Source: Acaryochloris thomasi RCC1774
GTDB lineage: Bacteria > Cyanobacteriota > Cyanobacteriia > Thermosynechococcales > Thermosynechococcaceae
Reading direction: 5' to 3'
DNA length: 32,000 nucleotides
Assembly: GCF_003231495.1 (NCBI RefSeq)
Contig: NZ_PQWO01000008.1
Location: forward strand, 194,420-226,419
How positions within the stretch are numbered: position 1 is the first letter of the stretch; every line of letters starts with the position of its first letter. Shown piece after piece: positions 1 to 9,688 of this stretch. The notes below the pieces were generated by a model. That model made no database searches and had not been told where the DNA came from. It saw only the letters and a program-made list of their open reading frames with translations. The position numbers were made by a program, and so were the translations under genes.

Positions 1-1035
1 GACCTCTGCAGGGGTTGATTGCCAACGCTCTAGCTCACCGGGATAGCCGCTTTCAATCTCGTTCTCTAGGCATCCTTCCCATTTGCCGTGACTGATTTCT
101 CGCAGTTGATCATCCACCGTCAAAGGCACCTGCGGGTGATGGGCCAAGATCAGTTCAGCCGTTTCTTTGGGACGCAGCATTGAGCTGCTCACGGCAAAGT
201 CGATGTGGATATCTTTCAAAAAGTCAGCGGCCTGCTGTCCCTGCAGACGTCCGTTGTCATTCAGCGGCACGTCGATCTGGCCTTGAAATTTACCCTGCCG
301 GTTCCAGTCTGTTTCACCGTGGCGCACTAAGAGCAGCCGCAGCGCCTCATAATTTTGCCGGGGAGACGAAACCTTTAGTCCTGTGTGATCGGTTAGATTG
401 AGGGACTCTAGCTGCGTGGGCTGTCCTGGCACGAAATTGAGAATACTGATGTTGCAGTTGGCCTGCTGCAGCGAATGGTAGCGCTCAGGCGTCAGCCCCA
501 AAGCGGTTCCTAACAAAGCCCGATTAATACCGCTGTGCCCTACAAGAAGAATGGTTTCTCCCTGATGCTGGGGGAGAAGCTGCTGCCAAACCTGCTGGGC
601 CTGCTCATAGAGTGCAGGCACCGGGTAAAAAGATTCGAGGCCGTTGTCGCCCTCAACTTCCATACAGAGCTTTTCAGGGTAATGGTGCCAGTTTTCATAG
701 CCCTGCGGATCTCGTTCTTTGACTTCAGAGAACAAGATACCTTCCCAAAGCGGCAGGCTGATTTCGATCAGGTTATCCAAAACCCGTGGCTGCACGGTGG
801 TCTCAAGCTGCTGGCAAATATTTTCTGCGGTGTGGCGCGTCCGCATCAAGGGGCTATGGTAGATGGCGTCAAAGGGAATATCTTTTAGCGCTCGCCCCAC
901 ACTCTGGGCGTCGGCGGTGCCTTGCTCGGTCAAGGTGGATTCGTCGAGATGACCTTGAATGCGACGTTCAACGTTGTAGGTGCTCTCGCCGTGACGAACG
1001 AGAATTACACGGGTAGCCAGGGCCTTGTCGTCCAT
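1..1035 (-). CDS. histidine phosphatase (phosphoglycerate-mutase-like) family protein with two tandem domains; 3' end lies beyond the left edge
   Basis: Absent from the ORF track because it has no in-window stop. Manual minus-strand translation from the ATG at 1035-1033 stays open to position 1: MDDKALATRVILVRHGESTYNVERRIQGHLDESTL...GHSGINRALL...LLLVRHGETDWN. The RHG catalytic motif occurs twice, which indicates tandem His-phosphatase domains. Confidence 0.85.
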   Translation of the reverse strand, partial: MDDKALATRVILVRHGESTYNVERRIQGHLDESTLTEQGTADAQSVGRALKDIPFDAIYHSPLMRTRHTAENICQQLETTVQPRVLDNLIEISLPLWEGILFSEVKERDPQGYENWHHYPEKLCMEVEGDNGLESFYPVPALYEQAQQVWQQLLPQHQGETILLVGHSGINRALLGTALGLTPERYHSLQQANCNISILNFVPGQPTQLESLNLTDHTGLKVSSPRQNYEALRLLLVRHGETDWNRQGKFQGQIDVPLNDNGRLQGQQAADFLKDIHIDFAVSSSMLRPKETAELILAHHPQVPLTVDDQLREISHGKWEGCLENEIESGYPGELERWQSTPAEV

Positions 1036-1259
1036 AGGGAGATGCGATCGCAAATAAAGACTAGTTAAGTGGGCACACAGGCCACGAAAATTCTACCCTG
1101 TCCAGACAGTAGTTCTCAAACTTCTAGCTAAAGCCGACTCTTTAGAAATCAGGTAAGCAGGATTATGACGGAGGTGATTGCAGGTGTGACTACATATTGC
1201 CTTTAAAGTGAAGAATAACTCTCCCGACAGATTCCCTATAGCCACCCCTGAGACACTGC

Positions 1260-2813
1260 ATGATCAAGGATCGCCAGCTTTATAAACTCATCCTCAGTAT
1301 TCTGACCGTCATTGTGGTCGCCATGATTGGTCTCCAGCTCGTGAGTAGCTGGACACAACCTCAGGCCCAAAGCCAGCTCAATCTCTATGAAAGCGATCTA
1401 CTGCTGCAGGCTTCGACCTGGCAAGAGACAAATGATGCTGAGCCAGGGACTTCGCCCCTATTAGAAAATCTGTGGGGCGATAGCGATCCGGTGCAGCAGG
1501 CGCTCAAGAACTATCAGAAAATTAAGACTTCTGCCACGCTCCAAAGCGGGCCAACAGACGATCCGGAAAAGAGAGCAGCCTCAGAAGCGTTTGTAAATGA
1601 ATTGGATTTGCGGTTGGGCCTGCTGTACGCACGTTCAGGGCAAGTTGAAGATGCGATCGCAACCTGGACTCCCCTCGCAGAGGCTGCGCCTTCCCCCGGC
1701 AATCAGCGCGCTGTGACCGCCGCCATTCTTCAGGGCCTCTGGAGCGATCCGCCCCAGCTAAAGCCCCAGGCACAGCAGCAGTTAGAAAGTCAGCTCAAGG
1801 GCTGGTTTCGGTACCAGAGCCTATCACAGCTCTATCAGCTTCAGCAGCGTCAAGAAACCCTCACAACCCTCCGCAGCCAAGAGCATGCAGCAGCCGAAAA
1901 AGCCTTAACGCGATTGGCCGCAGTCCAAGTCTTCCCAGCCATCGGAGGACTCACGGGAGTCGGCATTCTGATCTTTTGGCTAATCCAATTTGCAGTTAAA
2001 AAACGTCAGAGTCTCCCCGAGGCGGCTAGCACAGCACCTACGATTGAGCCAATTGAAGCCCAAGCAGACCAGACGCCCAATACCCCTCAAGAACTAGCGG
2101 CAACGGTTCGGTGGCCCGTCACCACAATTTGGCAAGTGATGGTGGTCTGGTTTGCCGCTTTCTTTTGCGTCAGCTTTGTCTTGCCGGTCGTGCTGTACGT
2201 GGCCGGAGCCAAGCCCGAAACCTTTGGCGCGCGCGGGCAAGCCTATCTAGCGCTAATTCAGTACAGCCTATTGATGGGGGTCGGATTTTCGATTCTCTAC
2301 CTCAGCCTTAAGCCCTTCTTATCTCAGCCCCTCAAGTGGCTACCGCTGCGCTGGCAAGGCTCTTGGTTTAGCTGGGGGTTAAGCGGATATCTGGCGGCGC
2401 TGCCCCTAGTGATTGTGATTTCGGTACTGAATCAAAAACTGCTACAAAATCAGGGGGGCGGCAATCCGCTGCTCGAAATTATTTTAAACAGCCACGACCG
2501 CTTCAGTATGGGACTGTTGCTGTTTATGGTGGCTGTGCTGGCACCGCTGTTTGAAGAAATCTTGTTTAGAGGCTTTTTCCTAACCTCTTTAACCCGCTAT
2601 CTGCCGATGTGGAGTGCGATTGGGTTGAGTGGGTTGGTATTTGCGATCGCACATCTAAACCTGTCTGACATCTTGCCCTTAACGGTACTGGGCTGCATGC
2701 TGGGCTTCGTCTATACGCGATCTCAAAATTTACTGGCCTCCATGTTGCTGCATGGCTTGTGGAACAGTGGCTCCTTTATCGGACTGATTATATTAGGGAG
2801 CAGTGTCAGTTAG
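1260..2813 (+). CDS. CPBP (CAAX/Abi) family intramembrane glutamic endopeptidase with a long N-terminal extension
   Basis: 517-aa ORF. The C-terminal multi-TM region carries the CPBP motifs EEILFRGF, FAIAH and HGLWN. The N-terminal ~230 aa are soluble and helical after one TM segment. Confidence 0.85.
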   Translation: MIKDRQLYKLILSILTVIVVAMIGLQLVSSWTQPQAQSQLNLYESDLLLQASTWQETNDAEPGTSPLLENLWGDSDPVQQALKNYQKIKTSATLQSGPTDDPEKRAASEAFVNELDLRLGLLYARSGQVEDAIATWTPLAEAAPSPGNQRAVTAAILQGLWSDPPQLKPQAQQQLESQLKGWFRYQSLSQLYQLQQRQETLTTLRSQEHAAAEKALTRLAAVQVFPAIGGLTGVGILIFWLIQFAVKKRQSLPEAASTAPTIEPIEAQADQTPNTPQELAATVRWPVTTIWQVMVVWFAAFFCVSFVLPVVLYVAGAKPETFGARGQAYLALIQYSLLMGVGFSILYLSLKPFLSQPLKWLPLRWQGSWFSWGLSGYLAALPLVIVISVLNQKLLQNQGGGNPLLEIILNSHDRFSMGLLLFMVAVLAPLFEEILFRGFFLTSLTRYLPMWSAIGLSGLVFAIAHLNLSDILPLTVLGCMLGFVYTRSQNLLASMLLHGLWNSGSFIGLIILGSSVS

Positions 2814-3082
2814 CAGTACTGACTCACGTCTTCGCCACACTGATCGGCTAGGTAACACATCGCTCGGAAGCGCAGCGCCACCACTTCTTCATATGCAGGG
2901 TTGAGCTTGCACAGGGGCGGAATATGAAAGATCGTCTTACCCCGGACCGAGATCGTGCGCTCAAACGGGCACTGAGCCGGAATCAGACGGCAGATGCGAT
3001 GTGCCGTATCTGGATTATCGACATTAATCTTGTCAAAGAAAGGATTAACCAAACGGTGAAAGAATCGATTAAGTGAAGACAT
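2810..3082 (-). CDS. small Cys-containing protein resembling the Mo-dependent nitrogenase C-terminal domain family (Mo-nitro_C)
   Basis: 90-aa ORF with ICRLIPAQCPFERTISVRGKTIFHIPPLCKLNPAYEEVVALRFRAMCYLADQCGEDVSQYC. This matches my recollection of that conserved cyanobacterial family. The assignment is from memory and was not searched. Confidence 0.55.
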   Translation of the reverse strand: MSSLNRFFHRLVNPFFDKINVDNPDTAHRICRLIPAQCPFERTISVRGKTIFHIPPLCKLNPAYEEVVALRFRAMCYLADQCGEDVSQYC

Positions 3083-3142
3083 CTGACCAACTGTCCTAGG
3101 GATTGAAAACGTTAGCGGTAATCGAAGAGGCGTGAAAAAAAA

Positions 3143-3343
3143 CTAGCTGTCTTGAAGCAGGAAGTAACAACCGAAAGCGCAGGAGATAGCCCAGAAGCTA
3201 AGCAGTTGTGTAATCAAGAATTCCAGCATGATTGGGGCTCCGGTACGAGAGGGGCGGCTACTGCCGTCAATCTCTAAGTCGTTATTGTTATTATTTCCAA
3301 TTCGCCTTTGGTTTTCTTCGGAGCAAACACTGAACTTTTGCAA
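3143..3343 (-). CDS. hypothetical small protein; possibly only the 28-aa hydrophobic peptide starting at the internal ATG 3229
   Basis: 66-aa ORF. The internal Met (MLEFLITQLLSFWAISCAFGCYFLLQDS) is preceded by GGAG about 8 nt upstream. The N-terminal part is low complexity (NNNNN). I recognise no family. Confidence 0.2.
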   Translation of the reverse strand: MQKFSVCSEENQRRIGNNNNNDLEIDGSSRPSRTGAPIMLEFLITQLLSFWAISCAFGCYFLLQDS

Positions 3344-3612
3344 TAGTCTTTTCCCGCAAAATTATCTAAATAAGTAATTATTCGGAGCTGTTTCAGGACA
3401 CTCGTATATTTACGCAAGGCATTATGCATCCCACCAGCGCATATTTTTATGCTTTGAGATCTTGAAAGTCTGTATCGATTTCTACCCTTTGGATATTTTT
3501 AAGCCGATGGCTCCGTTGAGCAGCGAACCCCTAATCAAGACATTTCAATGGAGATCGGAGCGAATGCTTCCAGATCACCGACTGCTGCTAGCCACAGTCC
3601 CTGACATGATGG

Positions 3613-4482
3613 ATGCAGTATCCTACTTACACGCTTCCATCTGCCCCTGAATTGAGATCTATGAACACTTCCCCTCGGCTGCAAGACCGGGTCGCCGTTG
3701 TCACCGGCAGTACCCAAGGTATCGGCCTGATTATTGCCCAAGCTTTAGCCGCAGCAGGAGCCAAAATTGTCATTTGCTCTCGGTCTGAGTCTGCGGTGGA
3801 GGCCGCCTGTTCGCAACTAGAAGCCGCAAAACACCAGGTCTTCGGCCTACCCTGCGATGTCGCCGATCCTGAGCAAGTGGAAAATTTAGCACAGCAAACC
3901 CTAGAAAGATTTGGCCAGATCGACGTTTGGTTCAACAATGCATCGGTTAATCGCTACTTCGGTCCAGCCCTCGACTTACCGATAGACCATTGGCACGAGG
4001 TCATTAACACCAACCTCAATGGTGCCTATTACGGCACGATGACGGCCCTTAGACACATGCTGCCTCGTGACCAGGGCAAAATCATCAACATGCTAGGAGC
4101 CGGGGCACAGGATAGTCCAGGGGACTCGTATTTGAGCGCCTATGCCACGTCAAAGGCTGCAGCCCGTCGCTTGACGCTAGTTGTCGCTGAAGACTACAAA
4201 CAAACGGGTATTTCTGTTTTGGGAATGAATCCAGGCTTATTTTCCACTCAGCTCACCACCAAAATCCAGCCCTTAAATGATGAAGCGCACAGGCGGATGA
4301 AATTCCTAGACTTCGGTTTACGGTGGCTGGCGACCTCTCCTGAGACGATTGCCCAAACGGCTGTTCGAGTTGCCTCTGATGCGACCAATGGTCAGACAGG
4401 CAAAATATATCGATGCTGGCCAGGGTTCTCCAAAACGCTGCAGCGTGAATATCGGAGGATGCGCAAAGTTCAGCCATCTTGA
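3613..4482 (+). CDS. SDR family oxidoreductase (short-chain dehydrogenase/reductase)
   Basis: Has the Rossmann motif VAVVTGSTQGIG, NNAS, and the catalytic YATSKAA (YxxxK). The alternative start at ATG 3661 (MNTSPRLQDRVAVVTG) gives a more typical N-terminus. Confidence 0.85.
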   Translation: MQYPTYTLPSAPELRSMNTSPRLQDRVAVVTGSTQGIGLIIAQALAAAGAKIVICSRSESAVEAACSQLEAAKHQVFGLPCDVADPEQVENLAQQTLERFGQIDVWFNNASVNRYFGPALDLPIDHWHEVINTNLNGAYYGTMTALRHMLPRDQGKIINMLGAGAQDSPGDSYLSAYATSKAAARRLTLVVAEDYKQTGISVLGMNPGLFSTQLTTKIQPLNDEAHRRMKFLDFGLRWLATSPETIAQTAVRVASDATNGQTGKIYRCWPGFSKTLQREYRRMRKVQPS

Positions 4483-4551
4483 TCTTTGTTGCTTTGCTGT
4501 CCTTGATTTGTCTGAGAATGTGTCCCTTTACCTGACACACAAACCCAATGC

Positions 4552-6567
4552 TTATGGACGCAATACCTTGAGGAAGGGCGGCAAAGGACAGTTGAGGGCA
4601 ATAACGATGGCCCTCAACAATTCAGCTTCCGTCAACGTGATAACACTGTCCACTAGAACGGTATAAGCACAGGCATCAACAATGACCTGCTTCAGTCTAG
4701 GGACGGATTGGGACAGCCGCTCAATGGCAAGCTCTAATGAAGCCAGTGTGAAATCAGGCACTTGCGTGGGCAAGGTCTGTTTTGAGGCTTCCGGTAATCG
4801 CTGTAGGCCGCTTTTTAAGGCCTGGAATTGCAATTCAGCGGTGGGATGTCCAACATGGGCTAAGGCAGACAGAAGCAAGACACAATCAGGCCATAGTGAA
4901 TTCATCGTCGCCCGCTTGCTGATCCTCGGCGCAAGCTCAAAATAAGGCTGCAGGCGCTGTTTTAGAATCATGCGCAGACTATATTCTGCAAGCGAACATT
5001 GACCGTCACAGTTAATGAGGGCATCGACTTGCTCTAATAAAGTTCGAAATTGAGCCACAGAACTTTGCCGCAGGGCTGGAATAGTAAGGTCTAAGAGGGG
5101 CAACCGCATCCGCGGATCAAGACAGGTTAGTCGCTCATATATCTGTTGGGCAGCTTGCACTCGGTTGTTAGATTCGGTCGCCAGTAAAAATTCCAGTTGA
5201 CGAGTCTGAATGGACTCTTGATGATCAAGCAAGAGGCCATAAATAATTGCGATCGCATCCTCTCTATACTGCAGAGATTGCTGCATTTCGTCAGGCAATT
5301 GAGCCAGAAGTAACTGGGTATAGGCAAGATGTTCGGGCGCAACGGTCCCCACGGTATTGACAATCAAGTCAGGCTCCATCCCGCTCTCCACAGAAGCGGA
5401 GCATTCCGAGGCTTCAGGCATTGACCCATTTGCAAGAGCAGTCATCCCCACCATGTTGAGGATATTCTGCGCTGCACTAACTGAACGTGTCTTCCGATCA
5501 AACTTCGGGTCAGGAACTTCAACCCCTAACTTTTCAATGCGCATTTCAATCGGTGGATGGGTTGCCCACCAATTTGCAGTTTTGGAGCGGAGTACATTGC
5601 CAAAAAATAGATGGCTAGCAGATTCAACCTCAGGGGTCTGAATCTGAGACCCTTGTTTCAAAACTTTTACTAATGCGTTAGCGAGTCCTTGGGGATCGCG
5701 GGTAAATTGCACCGCCGAAGCATCAGCAAGAAATTCCCTCTGACGGGACACCGCACTCTGGATTAGGCGGCCTACTAAAAGATTCAGTCGTCCGGTGATC
5801 GTCAGGGCAGAACCAAGACCCATTGCGTTGGATTCAGAGCGTAACCACCGACCCACAATAGAAATAATCAAAATTCCGTGAAGCCCTGAGATCAAGAGCA
5901 TGTTCAGCCTCATATCTCCGTTGAGGATGTGGCTAAATTCATGACCAATCACTCCCTGTAATTCATCGCGCTTCAGATGCTTGAGGCAGCCCTGAGTCAC
6001 ACCAATCACAGCATCATTGACGGTAAATCCAGCAGCAAAGGCATTAATCTCTGCTTCATGGCGGAGCACGTACACCTCTGGGATAGGCATTCCTGAGGCG
6101 ATAGCCATCTCCTCGACAACGTGACGTAATATTCTTTCATGTCGATCTTGAGTATCAGGGGGTACGAGCTGACCGCCGAGAGATTCTGCGACTGCTCTGC
6201 CGCCGCGATGAATTATCCGCCACTTGTAGAAACACCCACCTCCAATAATGAGCAGCGTCACTAGACTGACAATGATCAAGGTTCGAGGGGTCCACCAAAC
6301 CCAGAAGGTCCAAAATATTTCTGGTTCAAACGTCCTTTCATCAGGCCCCATACCAATCATGGCGCGATGTGGAATCGTCAGTTGCCAAAGCAGATAAAGA
6401 GCAGGGACCGCGGTTGCGTACAACATCAGAATGATCATTGAAATCGCAATCACAAATGACCCCAAAATATATCGGGTCTTTTTACGAGCTTGATTTTGAT
6501 GTTTGAAGTAATTCACAGCTTGTTTGGTAGCCTTGCTGTCAGGTTGCCCATCACAAAACAACCGCAC
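4552..6567 (-). CDS. M48 family zinc metalloprotease with N-terminal TM helices and a ~300-aa C-terminal extension
   Basis: 671-aa ORF. It has the HEXXH motif in GVIGHEFSHILNGD and a downstream REFLADASAV (Glu ligand region). TM helices lie at the N-terminus and after the HEXXH. Confidence 0.85.
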   Translation of the reverse strand: MRLFCDGQPDSKATKQAVNYFKHQNQARKKTRYILGSFVIAISMIILMLYATAVPALYLLWQLTIPHRAMIGMGPDERTFEPEIFWTFWVWWTPRTLIIVSLVTLLIIGGGCFYKWRIIHRGGRAVAESLGGQLVPPDTQDRHERILRHVVEEMAIASGMPIPEVYVLRHEAEINAFAAGFTVNDAVIGVTQGCLKHLKRDELQGVIGHEFSHILNGDMRLNMLLISGLHGILIISIVGRWLRSESNAMGLGSALTITGRLNLLVGRLIQSAVSRQREFLADASAVQFTRDPQGLANALVKVLKQGSQIQTPEVESASHLFFGNVLRSKTANWWATHPPIEMRIEKLGVEVPDPKFDRKTRSVSAAQNILNMVGMTALANGSMPEASECSASVESGMEPDLIVNTVGTVAPEHLAYTQLLLAQLPDEMQQSLQYREDAIAIIYGLLLDHQESIQTRQLEFLLATESNNRVQAAQQIYERLTCLDPRMRLPLLDLTIPALRQSSVAQFRTLLEQVDALINCDGQCSLAEYSLRMILKQRLQPYFELAPRISKRATMNSLWPDCVLLLSALAHVGHPTAELQFQALKSGLQRLPEASKQTLPTQVPDFTLASLELAIERLSQSVPRLKQVIVDACAYTVLVDSVITLTEAELLRAIVIALNCPLPPFLKVLRP

Positions 6568-6653
6568 ACATCAACGGTCCCAACCTGTAGCTCTCCTCTA
6601 ATCTGGGAATAAACATCATTACAGATGCTTCAGGAATCAATCCGTTTAGAACA

Positions 6654-8417
6654 CTAGGCCTGCTTATAAATCGTATCTCGACAGGCTAAATAGGTCGCCT
6701 CAAGTAGTTCTTCATCCATAAAGTTTAGGGCTGCGACCGATTCTGGCGGGGCAATAATTTGCCGGAGCTGGCTGGCAAGGCCCACGGTTACTTTCTTTCT
6801 GATGGCGGGTTCAAGCTGGGTACGGTAGCCCAAAAAATCGCGCAAGGTCAGATACTGATCGGCGGTCAAAGCTTTGAGATTAGCTTCCTGGACTAGAGTT
6901 TGAGCTGTCGTTTGTGACCGCTCTCCAAAGCGCAACTGGACGGTGGGCTGGCGAACACCCTGTCGTTTCTCGTCCTGAACCACAAGGGTACCGGCAGCAA
7001 AATCGCCTAGACGCTTTTCTGACTTACCAAAGGCAACTAACACAACGCCCAGGAAGAAAAAGCCGAGATCAAGGGGACCGATAAGGCTGCGAATGGCGGC
7101 TTCTCGTAGGCCGACGAGCTGTCCGCTGTCTTGGATAACGCGGATTTTTGCCCAGCGTTTACCCGGTGTTTGTCCTTGCCAAAACGTCTCAAAAGCGATG
7201 TAGTAACCGTTGGAGAAAGCATAGGTGAGCAGAGATGCGATCGCAAACACCCAGAGATTCAAATCATCCAGAGCGATTGATGACGGCCCATCCACCACAG
7301 CAGGCACCACAACATAGGCGTAGAGAGCAGAACCCAACAGCCAAACAAGCGCCAAACTCAAAAACAACAGCGTTTGATCAGTGATCCAGGCCAGCGAGCG
7401 GCTCCCAAGCCCGCCGAGGGCAAAGTCCAGCTCAATACTTTCAGGGGTTTTCAGGGCCACGCGCCTCAAATACTGACGAGGACGAGCCGGCAGGGCTTCG
7501 AAGTCAAAAGATAGCCCCTCATTCCGCCGTCGTAGCTCGTAGTAATGCACCGCCTTCGCGGCCTGCCAAAAGGGAAAAACCACCACGCCCATCAGGATAC
7601 CCACCACAGGCACAAAGGTATTGAGCAGCGAGGCCATAATCGTCGGGGGCGTCGTCACGATCGTTCCGACAAACAGAACCGTCATAGCGTTGAAGCCTTG
7701 GTTACGCGTAATCTGCCAGCTTCGCTGCACAGACTCCAAAGGCCCCACCTGGTTTTCTAAAGCCAAAATCGCGTCGCAGAACCACAGGCGGGACGTGACG
7801 TAATAAATCACAAGAAAAATAGCCAACAGCAGCAGCATGGCCAGCAGGAACAAACTCGTCCAGACAAAGGCGCTCACATCCGTATCCCCGCTTTCCCAAA
7901 GACGATTGAGAGAGAAAGCTGTAAACAAAGGGAAAAGACTAATCCACAGAACGTAGAGAGATCCTGCAATTCCGGCATAGACCAGCAGCAGGATTAGCCC
8001 TTGCCAAACACTCGCCCAAAAATAGCACCAGACGTTTGGATAAACTTGCGATCGCGTTGTTTCTAGAGATTCCTCTTGATGGGTTAGAAAGTTAAAAACC
8101 AGCCGTGAGATCAACGCCCCAGAGGCTAAATAACGTCCCCAAACAAAAGCGAACAGAGGCAGCATCACCAGCGCCCCTAACCCGATAACGCCAGCCGTAA
8201 CAGCAGGATTATTATCTGCAGCCGCAAAGGCAATCGCGGCCATAACCCCTAGCCCTAAGGCAGCACCAAAAAAACCAAGATATAGCCACAGGTGCGCGAG
8301 CAGACTCGTCACAAAATAGTTGCCTCCATTGAGGCTGAAAAGTCTGGCCCCAATTGTCACAACATTACCCGGCGAGAGCGTGGGCAGCGTCTGATTGAGC
8401 TGAGAACCTTCTGACAT
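6654..8417 (-). CDS. RDD family polytopic membrane protein
   Basis: 587-aa ORF. The N-terminal half contains many TM helices. The RDD-domain signature is present: GQTPGKRWAKIRVIQDSG...AAIRSLIGPLD...RLGDFAAGTLVV. Confidence 0.75.
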   Translation of the reverse strand: MSEGSQLNQTLPTLSPGNVVTIGARLFSLNGGNYFVTSLLAHLWLYLGFFGAALGLGVMAAIAFAAADNNPAVTAGVIGLGALVMLPLFAFVWGRYLASGALISRLVFNFLTHQEESLETTRSQVYPNVWCYFWASVWQGLILLLVYAGIAGSLYVLWISLFPLFTAFSLNRLWESGDTDVSAFVWTSLFLLAMLLLLAIFLVIYYVTSRLWFCDAILALENQVGPLESVQRSWQITRNQGFNAMTVLFVGTIVTTPPTIMASLLNTFVPVVGILMGVVVFPFWQAAKAVHYYELRRRNEGLSFDFEALPARPRQYLRRVALKTPESIELDFALGGLGSRSLAWITDQTLLFLSLALVWLLGSALYAYVVVPAVVDGPSSIALDDLNLWVFAIASLLTYAFSNGYYIAFETFWQGQTPGKRWAKIRVIQDSGQLVGLREAAIRSLIGPLDLGFFFLGVVLVAFGKSEKRLGDFAAGTLVVQDEKRQGVRQPTVQLRFGERSQTTAQTLVQEANLKALTADQYLTLRDFLGYRTQLEPAIRKKVTVGLASQLRQIIAPPESVAALNFMDEELLEATYLACRDTIYKQA

Positions 8418-8462
8418 AGGACGGGGGGAGAACGCGAGAGGTTACAGACTTAGAATGCCCGA

Positions 8463-9338
8463 TTATTGGCTCGCTTGCCGTAGTTTCTCCTGGTGCCGAC
8501 GGGCGCGGTCTTCTGCCTCACCCATCACCTGCTCTAGATTTTCAACAATTTCGCCTGGACGGTTCTCCAACACCTGCGTCGAGAGCGAAATGCGACCGCG
8601 CCCTGGGTCTAAGTCCAGCACAATTGCTTTAATGCTGTCACCGACGGTCAGTACCTTGGTCAAATCAGAAATATAGGTCTGACTGACCTGCTTGATATGA
8701 AGCAGACCAGAGACGCCCTGCAGATCAACGAAGGCACCAAAGGGCTTTAAATCTCGAACCGTACCGGATACCAATTGACCAATTTCAAGTTCACCAATAC
8801 GTGTAGAGCGCATCGCCTGCCGGTTAGAGAGAACCAATTTATTGCGGTCTGGGTCCACCTCTAAAAAACCAGCGGTCAGGGTTTGCCCCTTAAGCGCTTC
8901 TAGGTTGTCTCGCTCAACGAGATGAGATCGAGGGATAAAGCCCCTCAAACCTTCCACATCAACCGTCACTCCGCCCTTATTCAGTCCTGTGACATAGACC
9001 TCAATCGTCTGACTGTCGGCCTCTAGCTCTGCCAAACGTCCCCAAAGGGCCTTGATTTCTAGACGACGAATGGAAAGGGTTACCTTACCCTCAGCATCTT
9101 CGCCCTTGACGATTAAAAACTCGCGGTCTTCATGTAAAGGGACAATGACCTCTAGATCAGGCTGGGCAAAGCGAGAGATCTCATCCGGAGGCAAAAAAGC
9201 CGTTGCTTTGCCGCCAATATCAACATAGACACCATCGTTATCGTGGCTTACGGGTTTCCCGTGGACCGTTTGCCCGACCTCAAAATTAAAGTCGTGCTGC
9301 GCGAGGGCCTGGGCAAAGTCATCAGCAGAGAATGTCAA
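8463..9338 (-). CDS. S1 RNA-binding domain protein (30S ribosomal protein S1-like paralog, 3 S1 repeats)
   Basis: 291-aa ORF with repeated S1 OB-fold signatures ([70 protein letters not shown]-like). Confidence 0.85.
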   Translation of the reverse strand: [291 protein letters not shown]

Positions 9339-9535
9339 AGGTTTGGTCCAGTAATGTGGGTAGTAGAGAGTCCGGTATCGATTTTATAGCACGCGCCAGA
9401 TGGAAACAAACGATTCTGCAGTGAGCCGTCATATCGCAACTCAACACAGAAAAGTCGGTGGGACTTTAGCTCTCCCTGACTAAAATTCCATTAAATTTAC
9501 GATCAGAATGTCCTCCACCCCGCGACCGTCCTTAG

Positions 9536-9568
9536 TGTCAATAGAATGCGTGCCGTCAATGATTGACA
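9536..9568. promoter_or_regulatory. operator-like repeat TGTCAAT-N12-GTCAAT-G-ATTGACA in a divergent intergenic region
   Basis: The perfect palindrome GTCAATGATTGAC lies at 9555-9567, with a further TGTCAAT half-site at 9536-9542. It sits between the divergent S1-like and prlC genes. Confidence 0.25.
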
Positions 9569-9688
9569 ATATCTCAGGCGCTCATTGAAGAAAGTTCATA
9601 GCGGCTCCTTCTGGTTTCCGACCACAATGGGGGCCTCAAACTTTTTATACTGAGAGGAAGAACACCACTCAGATTTGACATTGAATCT

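Noticed and set aside
180-1016. Three plus-strand ORFs (180..401, 535..888, 786..1016)
   Set aside because: All are antisense to the continuous minus-strand histidine-phosphatase frame, which carries two RHG motifs and is open from 1035 to the window edge.
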